Counted from the stretch's first letter, positions 1 to 8,640 are shown. The stretch is 32,000 nt of DNA from Moraxella nasovis (GCF_022701215.1 NZ_CP089976.1:1890001-1922000), one strand, 5' to 3'. Made by a program: numbers and translations. The notes: a model not told the origin generated them from the letters alone.

Positions 1-111
1 GCAACTAAAATCCGTGCGTGTATTGTTGATTGATTTTAAGCTTATTTTTTTTTTATTGGTGTTTAACAAATCACAAAATCACTTTGATAGATACGGTATA
101 TCATATTTTAA

Positions 112-560
112 TCAATCTAGCCACCTTGCGAGTGATATTTTTGACACTTGCTTTACCGCCAAAGATTTTAAATAGCTATATTGACCATCTTGGCTAAATA
201 TGTAAATAACGTTGGTATCAATAGTGGTGTATTGGCAAAAATAATAAGCGCCTTTGAGGTGTGATTGGGGTTTAAATCTGGTAGCCGTTTTGGCGATTAA
301 TGCGTTCTTCTTGCAAGTGAGCATTTTTGAATTGCTAAAAGGTGAATTAAAAGCTTAATATCTGACGCTAAATAACTAAGCTTTGTGTGCCATTTTTATA
401 CAAAAATTTAGCAGGACTGCCACCAAGCTTTGCTTATATGAGATTATAACGTTGCCCATGAAAAGTGCGAGCGTTAAGTGATGCCGCCATTAGTAGATTA
501 TCTATGGATTTGGCAAAAAAAGCCTGCCGATACAGCAGTTAAGCTAAGAAGCTTTCATAA
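112..560 (-). pseudogene. Unassigned minus-strand coding remnants (70-aa ORF at 112..324 plus shorter out-of-frame pieces upstream of it)
   Basis: Only ORF 112..324 is open. Upstream on the minus strand I read short protein-like stretches (LLYRQAFFAKSIDNLLMAASLNARTFHGQRYNLI; AKLGGSPAKFLYKNGTQSLVI) in different frames, each ending in a stop. I recognise no family. The region looks AT-rich by eye. Confidence 0.2.
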
Positions 561-590
561 AATCGGTTTTAATTTCTTACTTTGGTAATA

Positions 591-620
591 AAAAACGCAC
601 TAAAATAATAGTGCGTTTTT
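591..620 (-). terminator. Rho-independent terminator downstream of fpr, bidirectional in shape
   Basis: Stem AAAAACGCACTA (591-602) pairs with TAGTGCGTTTTT (609-620) around a 6-nt loop. It has an A-run on one side and a T-run on the other, and lies just 3-prime of the fpr stop at 659. Confidence 0.6.
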
Positions 621-658
621 TATTGCCAATTTATTTATCTAATTTATTTATCTAAAAC

Positions 659-1432
659 TTAACCCACAAACGCTCGCTCTACTACATAATCAGCAGGCAC
701 CCCCATGCGTGGTGAAACACTCAAGCCAAACTCGTCCAATATCGCACAAGTATCAGCATTCATCGCCATAGAGCCACAAATCATCACACGATCATCGTCT
801 TTATTCATCGGTGGCAAACCAATATCATCAAAGAGTTTGCCTGATTTTAGTAGGTCAGTAATACGCCCTTGGTTTTTAAACTCTTCACGAGTTACGGTGG
901 GGTAGTAGATGAATTTTTCACGCACCCATTCGCCAAAAATTTCATCGTTGGGTAGTTCATTTTCAAACATGTCACGATACGATAAATCTGCTACTTCACG
1001 CACACCATGCACTAAAATAACTTTATCAAAACGCTCGTACACTTCAGGATCTCGGCATAAAGATAAAAACGGTGCAAGCCCTGTGCCTGTGGCAAGCATA
1101 TATAAGTGCTTACCCCCTGCCAAATCATCAAGTACGAGTGTGCCTGTGGGCTTTTTACTTACTAATAACTTATCACCCACTTGAATGTGCTGTAAACGAG
1201 ATGTCAAAGGACCGTCTTGCACTTTGATAGAATAAAATTCAAGCTCTTCAGCGTAGTTGGGACTTGCGATAGAGTAAGCTCGCACCAAAGGCTTGCCGTC
1301 CACTTCAAGCCCAATCATGGCAAATTCTCCATTGCGAAATCGCAAGCTATCAGCTCGGGTGGTTTTGATGGTAAATAAGCGGTCGGTCCAGTGGTGGACG
1401 TAAGTTACAGTTTCATGGATAAATTTTGACAT
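659..1432 (-). CDS. fpr: Ferredoxin-NADP(+) reductase (Azotobacter/Fpr-type, about 257 aa)
   Basis: Full-length ORF. The length and motifs (RAYSIAS, GPLTSRL, MLATGTGLAPF, terminal VVERAFV) are typical of bacterial subclass I FPR. Confidence 0.9.
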   Translation of the reverse strand: MSKFIHETVTYVHHWTDRLFTIKTTRADSLRFRNGEFAMIGLEVDGKPLVRAYSIASPNYAEELEFYSIKVQDGPLTSRLQHIQVGDKLLVSKKPTGTLVLDDLAGGKHLYMLATGTGLAPFLSLCRDPEVYERFDKVILVHGVREVADLSYRDMFENELPNDEIFGEWVREKFIYYPTVTREEFKNQGRITDLLKSGKLFDDIGLPPMNKDDDRVMICGSMAMNADTCAILDEFGLSVSPRMGVPADYVVERAFVG

Positions 1433-1566
1433 AGCAACTCTCAGTAAAAATAAAGTGGTTTAGTAATGATTGTAAATTTTGCGTATAATAGCAAGTTTAT
1501 CGCCAAATATTATCACAAATTTGGAATATCAATTTTTAATTTTAGCATAAATGGTGCTTTATTACT

Positions 1567-2289
1567 ATGCAAGCTATCCTTTCTGATCTGACCTTGCCCA
1601 TCATCGGCTATCACCGTTCGCCTTTAAGTCAAAAATTTGGTACGCCACGTCAGCCAAATTTAGTGAATATCAAATCTGTCATTGAGTTTGTCGCTCCGTT
1701 TGATACGCCAGATGCATTTTTAGGCATTGAAAATTACAGCCATCTTTGGGTGCTGTGGCAGTTTCATCATAATAAAGCCCAGACGTATTTTCGCCCGCAA
1801 GTACGTCCACCACGATTAGGCGGTAATGATAAAATGGGCGTCTTTGCCACACGTTCCATGTATCGTCCTTCACAGATTGGCTTGTCGGTGGTGGCATTAA
1901 AAAGTGTACAAGTTATTGATCAAAAAGTAATTTTGCATATTGTTGGGGCGGATATGATAGATGGTACGCCCATCATAGATGTCAAGCCGTATCTGCCTTA
2001 CAGTGATAGCTTGCCCCATGCCATCAGTATGATTGATAAACCAAGCATAAAGCAGGTGCAGATTGCAAAGCAGGCACAAATTCAGTTTGATGGGCTGTTA
2101 CAGGTAAATGCCATCACCCAAGAAGACATTGATAGTGTTATAGGTCTAATCGCCCAAGACCCACGCCCAGCCTATCGCCAACACGAAACCGACATCGTCT
2201 CTACCATGCGATATAAGACGGTGGACGTGGATTTTATGATGAATAAATGTGGGGAGATGGTGGTGGGGAATATTAGGGTTATTAAATAA
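1567..2289 (+). CDS. trmO: tRNA (N6-threonylcarbamoyladenosine(37)-N6)-methyltransferase TrmO (TsaA/YaeB family)
   Basis: 240-aa ORF with YaeB-family hallmarks (GTPRQP, SHLWVLWQFH, RPPRLGG, GVFATRS, RPSQIGLS, DGTPIIDVKPY). Confidence 0.85.
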   Translation: MQAILSDLTLPIIGYHRSPLSQKFGTPRQPNLVNIKSVIEFVAPFDTPDAFLGIENYSHLWVLWQFHHNKAQTYFRPQVRPPRLGGNDKMGVFATRSMYRPSQIGLSVVALKSVQVIDQKVILHIVGADMIDGTPIIDVKPYLPYSDSLPHAISMIDKPSIKQVQIAKQAQIQFDGLLQVNAITQEDIDSVIGLIAQDPRPAYRQHETDIVSTMRYKTVDVDFMMNKCGEMVVGNIRVIK

Positions 2290-2359
2290 CAGGGTGTTAC
2301 ATCATCATTTTTTTGAGATATAATAACGATACTTTTCACATAACTGGTAAGGAGATTTT

Positions 2360-3298
2360 ATGAAAATTTTTAACATCAAAAAACTTGGTATGGCGGTTGC
2401 TATCGCAAGTGTGGCGTTAGTCGGTCAGACTGCATGGGCTTATGATTGTGTGCAACCGCAGGTTAGTGGGTATGAGTATGTAGGTTGCCTAGAAGAAGGT
2501 TTGGCGTTAGTTAAACAAAACGACAAATGGGGTTTTATTGATAAAACAGGTAAAATAGTTATTCCATTGCAGTATGATTGGATTGTTGGTTTTTCAGAAG
2601 GTTTGGCAAAAGTTATACAAAACGACAAAGATGGTTATATTGGTAAATATGGTTTTATTGATAAAACAGGAAAAGTAGTTATTCCATTGCGGTATGATTT
2701 TGCTGAGGGTTTTTCAGAAGGTTTGGCGTTAGTTAAACAAAACGACAAATGGGGTTTTATTGATAAAACAGGTAAAGTTATTGCTCCTTCGCAGTATGAT
2801 TTTGCTTGGGATTTTTCAGAAGGTTTGGCGTCAGTGAAACAAAACGGCAAATATGGTTTTATTGATAAAACAGGTAAAGTTATTATTCCTTTGCAGTATG
2901 ATTATGCTTCGTCTTTTTCAGAAGGTTTGGCGTCAGTGAAACAAAACGGCAAATATGGTTTTATTGATAAAACAGGAAAAGTAGTTATTCCATTGCAGTA
3001 TGATGATGCTTGGTATTTTTCAGAAGGTTTGGCGTCAGTGAAACAAAACGGCAAATATGGTTTTATTGATAAAACAGGAAAAGTAGTTATTCCATTGCAG
3101 TATGATGATGCTTGGTATTTTTCAGAAGGTTTGGCAAAAGTTGAACAAAACGGCAAATATGGTTTTATTGATAAAACAGGAAAAGTAGTTATTCCTTTGC
3201 AGTATGATGATGCTTGGAGTTTTTCAGAAGGTTTGGCAATAGTTGAACAAAACGGCAAATGGGGTGTTATTGACAAACAAGGACGACGAATTCAATAA
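2360..3298 (+). CDS. Secreted WG (KWG) repeat-containing protein, 8 tandem repeats of about 34 aa
   Basis: Strong SD (TAAGGAG) upstream of the ATG. Signal peptide MKIFNIKKLGMAVAIASVALVGQTAWA. Eight units of the form EGLAxVKQNxK(W/Y)GFIDKTGKxVIPLQYDxA. Confidence 0.85.
   Translation: MKIFNIKKLGMAVAIASVALVGQTAWAYDCVQPQVSGYEYVGCLEEGLALVKQNDKWGFIDKTGKIVIPLQYDWIVGFSEGLAKVIQNDKDGYIGKYGFIDKTGKVVIPLRYDFAEGFSEGLALVKQNDKWGFIDKTGKVIAPSQYDFAWDFSEGLASVKQNGKYGFIDKTGKVIIPLQYDYASSFSEGLASVKQNGKYGFIDKTGKVVIPLQYDDAWYFSEGLASVKQNGKYGFIDKTGKVVIPLQYDDAWYFSEGLAKVEQNGKYGFIDKTGKVVIPLQYDDAWSFSEGLAIVEQNGKWGVIDKQGRRIQ
2495..3295 (+). repeat. In-frame 102-bp tandem repeat array inside the WG-repeat gene
   Basis: Period is 102 bp. 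Units 2921-3022 and 3023-3124 are identical base for base, and neighbouring units differ at only a few positions. Confidence 0.9.
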
Positions 3299-3322
3299 AA
3301 ATAACCGCATCTTAAACCTAGT

Positions 3323-3354
3323 AAAATCCTGCTTAAAATAAGTGGGATTTTTTA
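3323..3354 (+). terminator. Putative rho-independent terminator after the WG-repeat gene
   Basis: AAAATCC..CTTA-AAA-TAAG..GGATTTT hairpin followed by a T-run. Confidence 0.45.
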
Positions 3355-3428
3355 TTTGATGGTCTAAATTTTTAGCGATAAAATTCTGCTGATTTTGGTA
3401 TAAAACAAATGTATCAGACAGAGAAATT

Positions 3429-3437
3429 TGCTATAAT
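3429..3437 (+). promoter_or_regulatory. Putative extended -10 promoter element (TGCTATAAT) for prfB
   Basis: TGnTATAAT match about 36 nt upstream of the prfB ATG at 3473. Confidence 0.4.
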
Positions 3438-3472
3438 AGTCGGTTTAGTCATTTGTAATTTAAGGTATCATC

Positions 3473-4568
3473 ATGGAAATCGCCCCATATCAAGAACAAA
3501 TCAAAGACCTACACGCTCGTGGCAAAGAGCTTTGGGGGTATCTTTGACGTTGATGGCAAAAAAGAACGACTAGAAGAAGTTAATTTGGAGCTTGAAAATC
3601 CAGAGCTGTGGAATGACCCTGATAAAGCCACTAAGATTAGTAAAGAAAAATCTGTCCTAGATGGCGTTATCAGCGTTATTGAAGGCTTAGATGCCAGTCT
3701 TGAAGATGCTGCTGCCATGCTTGAGCTTGCAGTAGAAGCTGATGATGAGAGCTTGCTTAGTGATGTGCAAGCTGAGCTTGATGCAGCGACAGCTAAAGTT
3801 GAAGATTTAGAGTTTAAGCGAATGTTTAGCGGTGAGATGGATGCTAATAACTGCTATTTAGACATACAAGCAGGCTCAGGCGGTACAGAAGCCCAAGACT
3901 GGTCAGAAATGCTGCTTAGAATGTATTTACGTTGGGCGGAGAGTAAGGGCTTTAAAGCAGATGTGGTGGAAATCTCTGATGGCAGCGTGGCAGGCATTAA
4001 GTCAGCAACGATAGCCATCAAGGGCGATTATGCTTTTGGCTGGCTACGCACTGAGATTGGCGTACATCGTTTGGTGCGTAAATCACCATTTGACAGTAAC
4101 AATGGTCGCCATACGTCATTTGCTGCCGTGTTTGTGTCGCCTGAGATTGATGATAATGTGCAGATTGATATTAACCCAAGCGACTTGCGAGTAGACACCT
4201 ATCGCTCAAGTGGGGCAGGCGGTCAGCATGTGAACACCACCGATTCTGCGGTGCGAATTACCCATATTCCAACCAATACGGTGGTGGCGTGCCAAAACGA
4301 GCGTAGCCAAATCAAGAACCGTGAAACGGCGATGAAAATGCTCCGCGCTAAACTTTACGAGCTTGAAATGCAAAAACGCATGGAAAAACAGCAAGCCCTA
4401 GAAGACAGCAAATCCGACATCGGTTGGGGGTCGCAAATCCGCTCTTATGTGCTTGATGACGCGCGTATTAAAGACTTACGCACAGGCGTTGAAACGAGTA
4501 ACACTCAGGCAGTGCTTGATGGAGATTTGGATAAATTCATCGAAGCGAGCTTGAAAGCAGGGCTATGA
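3473..4568 (+). CDS. prfB: Peptide chain release factor 2, expressed through a programmed +1 ribosomal frameshift
   Basis: Frame 1 runs ATG 3473 ... TAT CTT TGA (stop at 3545-3547). The +1 frame continues from GAC at 3546 into the 3519..4568 ORF. The joined product [37 protein letters not shown]... aligns along its length with E. coli RF2, including the SPF and GGQ motifs. Confidence 0.95.
3533..3548 (+). other. prfB recoding site: internal SD-like GGGGG, then slippery CUU UGA C
   Basis: TGGGGGTATCTTTGAC matches the E. coli prfB frameshift cassette AGGGGGUAUCUUUGAC in every position but the first. Confidence 0.9.
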
Positions 4569-4584
4569 TTTGACCCAAAAATAA

Positions 4585-4612
4585 AAAGATAGCAAAAAAA
4601 TGCTGTCTTTTT
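4585..4612. terminator. Hairpin terminator shared by prfB (+) and the convergent restriction-modification relic (-)
   Basis: AAAGATAGCA (4585-4594) pairs with TGCTGTCTTT (4601-4610) around an A6 loop, with T/A runs on both sides. Confidence 0.6.
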
Positions 4613-4770
4613 ATTAACATTACCTATTCACAACTTGCTTGGTGGCGTTGATTTTTTGGTCGGCGTAATCCACCACGTCTTTGATGGCGAGCTTTTGAAT
4701 GGCGGAAATCAAGGTTTGCATATAATCAAAATCAATTTGGTTGTTTTGGGCGATAGGGAAAAACGCAGTA

Positions 4771-5166
4771 TCATTTTGAATTTTTTTTATTACTAATACT
4801 GTTTCCCCAAGAATATTTATTTTGTAAGCCTTTTTCTATACAAGTTATCATAAAAAATTGATTTAATTTGGTTGTTTTTTCACTTTCTTTTAAATACAAG
4901 CAAAGATTGTGGCTATCATTGGAATAAAAATCCGCTTCTTGATAGGTTAAAACAAAAATTTTGCCGCCAATAAAAATACAATTCCCTTCATCAATATATT
5001 TTTCATTATATGAAATATAGCTACTAACAGCATTATTTTCTCTGCTGGCTGATAAATAAGGGGTGCTGCCGCTATTTGGTTTAATATCTTTTGATAATAT
5101 ATTAAAAGTATTTTTCACATTAAAAATATCTACCAATTTAAACTCTCCCCATACCACATTTTCCAA
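4771..5166 (-). pseudogene. Relic fragment: second HsdS-like target-recognition domain
   Basis: VVWGEFKLVDIFNVKN... is a typical TRD start. The ORF ends just after the T8 run at 4782-4789. The HsdS-type C-terminal conserved helix continues in another frame to the stop at 4620. Confidence 0.6.
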
Positions 5167-5324
5167 GCGTTTAATCGCTAATTTTTCATCATTTGTTATT
5201 TCTTAATTGGGCGTGAATTGCTCCAATTTGACTAACTGAAATACAACCTTCTTTGTTTGGTTCGCTTGATAATTTTGTAACATATCCTTGAACTCCATAA
5301 TTTGTTTGAGTTCTCCCTATAAAT

Positions 5325-6017
5325 TCATAAGCATCTGTATCTTTTTTTTACAAAATCCATTTTTCCAGCATCGTATCCTTTTGAAGTTTTAATTTCAAAC
5401 AAATCCCCAATCCTAAACTCTCCCCACTTAACCGCTTTTAATTGCTCGGCTTTGATTTTGATGATTTTTTGTTCTAGTTCGTGTGGCGATAAAATGCTAT
5501 TTTTGGCATCAATAAGCATTTCATTCATGGCAGCAACCAATAATCTTGCTGATCCTGTGGCAAAATCCCAAACATAGCTGTCTTTATTGACACAAGCCAA
5601 GCGAGCCAGTAAAGTAGCGACATAGGCAGGGGTCAAGACAACGTCATTTGATTTGTTTTGGGCGAAGCCAAGCCATGAATACATTTCGTTAAATAATTTG
5701 CCTGTAAAATCAGTGGTTAAGCCAATTTTATAATAAATGCCCAAATCATCAACGATTTTACAAAACACACGTTTTAATTGTGTTTCGCCATTTATTACTT
5801 TATTGATGTTGTCGTTGGTGATGGTATTTTGTAGTGTGCGAACGATTAAGTCTTTTTTGTCGGTGGGAATTTGTTTTTCTTTTAAAAAGGCGTTAATTTT
5901 TCGCATTAGAATGTCGCCATCTCGTCCGCCTTCTTCGTTTGATGATTTTAAATCCGATTTTTCAAGAGGAAAGACTCTGCCAGCCACACCAATGGTTGCA
6001 ATAATACTGGCAGCCAC
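5325..6017 (-). pseudogene. Relic fragment: HsdM-like helical region plus AdoMet-binding motif only, fused to the start of an HsdS-like TRD
   Basis: VVLTPAYVATLLARLACVNKDSYVWDFATGSARLLVAAMNEM resembles HsdM motifs X and I. About 30 aa later the sequence becomes HsdS-like (KWGEFRIGDLFEIKTSKG). The ORF ends just after the T8 run at 5342-5349. Confidence 0.6.
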
Positions 6018-6538
6018 TAAATAAACTCGGTCATTTTTGCCCAGACCTTTTCGTTTTGGTAAATGTCGTTATTGAGTTTGACAAGGCTTATGTCAATTTC
6101 TTTTTCACGTTTTTGTTTAATACGCTCAAGTTCTTCATCAGATAAACTTAAATTTTTAACTTTATTGATAAAATCATAAAGATGATTTTTGGATAAAAAA
6201 GATAAATCACTAAATTCATCAATCTTTTGCCCAATGCCCAAATTGGATTTAGAAACATAATAAACGCCAATTTGCGGATAAATTTTGCCATTTTCGTCTT
6301 TGTGTCCTGTGATGCCGATGGCGATGATGTCAGCATAGGCGGTATGGTGCAAAATAGCATTGGCATAATGCACTGCACCATTAACCGCATAGCCATTGAT
6401 ATTTTTAAAAATAGGTTCGTTTTTGGCGTTGCGGTTTTCTACATTGCCATTGCTGTCTAATTTAACCAGTTTGTCTTTATAGCCTTTATATTCAATCAAA
6501 ATGGGGTAAAATTGACCATTGATAGGGTCTTGTAGCAA
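6017..6538 (-). pseudogene. Relic fragment: nuclease-like N-terminal domain
   Basis: The open frame extends upstream of the listed ORF as ...RPDAKLLLQDPINGQFYPILIEYKG, giving a D-x(n)-E-x-K arrangement. The true N-terminus (ATG 6717, MSKA-stop-SIEPNIADFFNQELKSYQLDYRLEQEHL...) is in another frame. Confidence 0.55.
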
Positions 6539-6813
6539 TAACTTAGCATCAGGGCGATTTGCCCCACGCCACCATTTTTTGAAAAATATTCTTTTAGGGT
6601 GTTGTCGCTGTCGTCATTTAGGTGTTCTTGCTCCAATCTATAATCCAGTTGGTAGGATTTAAGCTCCTGATTGAAAAAATCGGCGATATTGGGTTCTATA
6701 GATTAAGCTTTTGACATAATAAACGCACCTAATAAAAAAATGTGTTGCTTTGGCATTTTTTGACTATGCTGTCTATGGCTTTTTGATTTTATACTTTATT
6801 TTTGCCAAAATTA

Positions 6814-6822
6814 TGCTACAAT
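6814..6822 (+). promoter_or_regulatory. Putative extended -10 element (TGCTACAAT) for the CoA-transferase gene
   Basis: TGnTAnAAT-type match about 50 nt upstream of the ATG at 6872. Confidence 0.35.
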
Positions 6823-6871
6823 CATATCAGCATTTTGCTAAATTTTTTATACTTAAATAATGGAGTAATTT

Positions 6872-8386
6872 ATGAGTATTGACCGTATTCGCCACGCAGG
6901 TTTGCGTGATAAGGTTATGAGTGCTGAGCAAGCAGCTGAGTTTGTCAAAGATAATATGCTTGTGGGTATGACAGGCTTTACAGGAGCAGGCTATCCAAAA
7001 GCTATCCCTACCGCCATTGCTAATAAGGCTAAAGATGAACACGCTAAGGGTAATAGCTTTGGTATTCGCATGGTAACAGGTGCATCTACTGCTCCTGAGT
7101 GTGATGGTGTGCTAGCTGAAGCGAATGCGATTAAATTTCGCTCACCGTTCCAATCTGACCCAACTTTACGTAATAACATCAATGCAGGCAACACCCAGTA
7201 CCAAGACATGCACCTATCGCATGTAGAGCAGCAAATGCGTCAAGGCTTTTATGGTGATGTGGATCTAGCTATCGTAGAGGCGTCAGGCATTACCGAAGAC
7301 GGTAAGATTATCCCTGCTATGGGTATCGGACACGCTGCCGAAGCCATCAGAGCTGCTAAGAAAGTTATCATTGAAGTCAATGCCAGTCAGAATGCAGGGC
7401 TTGAGGGTATGCACGATGTCTATACTGACGTAGGTCTGCCACCGCATCGTAAGCCCATTCCAATCATCGGTTCATTTGACCGTATCGGCACGCCTTACCT
7501 TGAGTGTGATTTAGATAAGATCGAAGCGATTGTACTAACTGATGCTAATGACCGTAATTCTAAGTTTGCTGAGCCTGATGATGTGTCTAAGCGTATCGCT
7601 GCTCAAATTATTGATTTTCTTGATCATGAAGTAAAAGCAGGGCGTTTACCAAAAAGCCTATTACCGCTACAATCAGGTGTAGGTAATGTTGCCAATGCTG
7701 TGTTGGCAGGCCTGCTTGATGCACCGTTTGATGATTTGACAGGTTATACCGAAGTATTGCAAGATGGTATGCTTGATCTAATTATCGCAGGTAAGATGAA
7801 GACTGCATCGGCGACCGCCTTATCATTTAGCCCAGATGCATTGCAACGCTTTAACGACAATATTGAGTTTTTGCGTGATAAAATTATCTTACGCCCAATG
7901 GAGTTAACCAATAACCCAGAAGTGGTACGCCGTCTGGGAGTTATCGGCATTAATGCTATGATTGAGGCAGACATCTACGGTAATGTGAACTCAACGCACA
8001 TCATGGGTACTAAGATGATGAACGGTATCGGTGGCTCAGGCGACTTTACTCGTAATGGCTTCTTCTCGATGTTTGTTAGCCCATCGACCGCTAAAGGCGG
8101 TGCGATTTCAGCTATCGTGCCGATGGTATCACACCATGACCACACCGAGCATGATGTAATGTTTGTCATTACCGAACAAGGTATGGCGGACTTGCGTGGT
8201 AAATCACCAACAGAACGTGCCAAGCTTATCATTAATAACTGCTCGCACCCTGATTATCGTGATATGCTGCAAGACTACTATGACCGTGCTTCTCACGCAG
8301 GTGGACTACACACTCCGCATATCCTGCTAGAAGCACTATCATGGCACCAACGTTTTGTAGAAACAGGTGATATGCGTATTAAATAG
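6872..8386 (+). CDS. Succinyl-CoA:acetate CoA-transferase (acetyl-CoA hydrolase/transferase family, AarC-like)
   Basis: 504-aa ORF with a GGAG SD. It is similar end to end to Acetobacter aceti AarC as I recall that sequence (GFTGAGYPK, FRSPF, LPLQSGVGNVANAV, EADIYGNVNST, MMNGIGGSGDF, ALSWHQRF). Confidence 0.85.
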   Translation: MSIDRIRHAGLRDKVMSAEQAAEFVKDNMLVGMTGFTGAGYPKAIPTAIANKAKDEHAKGNSFGIRMVTGASTAPECDGVLAEANAIKFRSPFQSDPTLRNNINAGNTQYQDMHLSHVEQQMRQGFYGDVDLAIVEASGITEDGKIIPAMGIGHAAEAIRAAKKVIIEVNASQNAGLEGMHDVYTDVGLPPHRKPIPIIGSFDRIGTPYLECDLDKIEAIVLTDANDRNSKFAEPDDVSKRIAAQIIDFLDHEVKAGRLPKSLLPLQSGVGNVANAVLAGLLDAPFDDLTGYTEVLQDGMLDLIIAGKMKTASATALSFSPDALQRFNDNIEFLRDKIILRPMELTNNPEVVRRLGVIGINAMIEADIYGNVNSTHIMGTKMMNGIGGSGDFTRNGFFSMFVSPSTAKGGAISAIVPMVSHHDHTEHDVMFVITEQGMADLRGKSPTERAKLIINNCSHPDYRDMLQDYYDRASHAGGLHTPHILLEALSWHQRFVETGDMRIK

Positions 8387-8405
8387 TAGCATTTGACTTT
8401 CTTTT

Positions 8406-8436
8406 AAATCCGTCCATGAGTTATGGACGGATTTTT
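8406..8436 (+). terminator. Rho-independent terminator after the CoA-transferase gene
   Basis: AAATCCGTCCA (8406-8416) pairs with TGGACGGATTT (8424-8434), followed by a T-run. Confidence 0.7.
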
Positions 8437-8561
8437 CATGTTTATAAAGCAAATAATTTATCGCACTTGACTTATGGGAGTGACATCCGTGTAGATACGA
8501 ATAGTAATGGAAGGGGTTGAAAACAATTTGTACTATTTTTGAAAAAAACAGTAAATTTTAT

Positions 8562-8589
8562 TTGACAACTACCAAAAATCATATATAAT
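8562..8589 (+). promoter_or_regulatory. Near-consensus sigma-70 promoter for the tRNA array
   Basis: TTGACA (8562-8567), a 16-bp spacer, then TATAAT (8584-8589). An A/T-rich UP-like tract precedes it. The first tRNA starts at 8641. Confidence 0.7.
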
Positions 8590-8640
8590 ACGCACCACAA
8601 GCACACAATGTGTGGTTGCCTAAGTAATTAGAAAAACTTA

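Larger units (their letters stand above)
4620..6717 (-). pseudogene. Disrupted single-chain restriction-modification gene: PD-(D/E)xK nuclease-like N-terminus, truncated gamma-class N6-adenine methyltransferase, two HsdS-like target-recognition domains (type IIB/IIG-like)
   Basis: Homologous sequence is contiguous across at least 5 frame breaks and one nonsense codon. The pieces I read are given in the finding for 4620-6717. No NPPY/NPPF catalytic motif is present. The block looks AT-richer than its flanks by eye. Confidence 0.7.

Noticed and set aside
1-33. Possible 3-prime end of a plus-strand gene (…ATKIRACIVD-stop)
   Set aside because: Only 10 codons are visible. That is too little to support a feature.
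2440-3276. Three minus-strand ORFs (2440..2628, 2635..2850, 2902..3276) with their own internal repeats
   Set aside because: They are antisense shadows of the 102-bp repeats in the plus-strand WG-repeat gene. That gene has the SD, the signal peptide and the recognisable repeat family. The antisense frames are open only because the repeat unit lacks stops in that frame.
2495-3295. Regular tandem repeats that might be a CRISPR array
   Set aside because: The 102-bp units are contiguous with no unique spacers, lie in frame inside a coding sequence, and no cas genes are present.
4569-6870. Intact type I R-M system, or a phase-variable hsdS shufflon
   Set aside because: There is no hsdR and no recombinase, and I saw no inverted hsdS cassettes. 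The methyltransferase lacks its catalytic motif, and codon 5 is a stop. I interpret it as a relic, although homopolymer sequencing error should be excluded.
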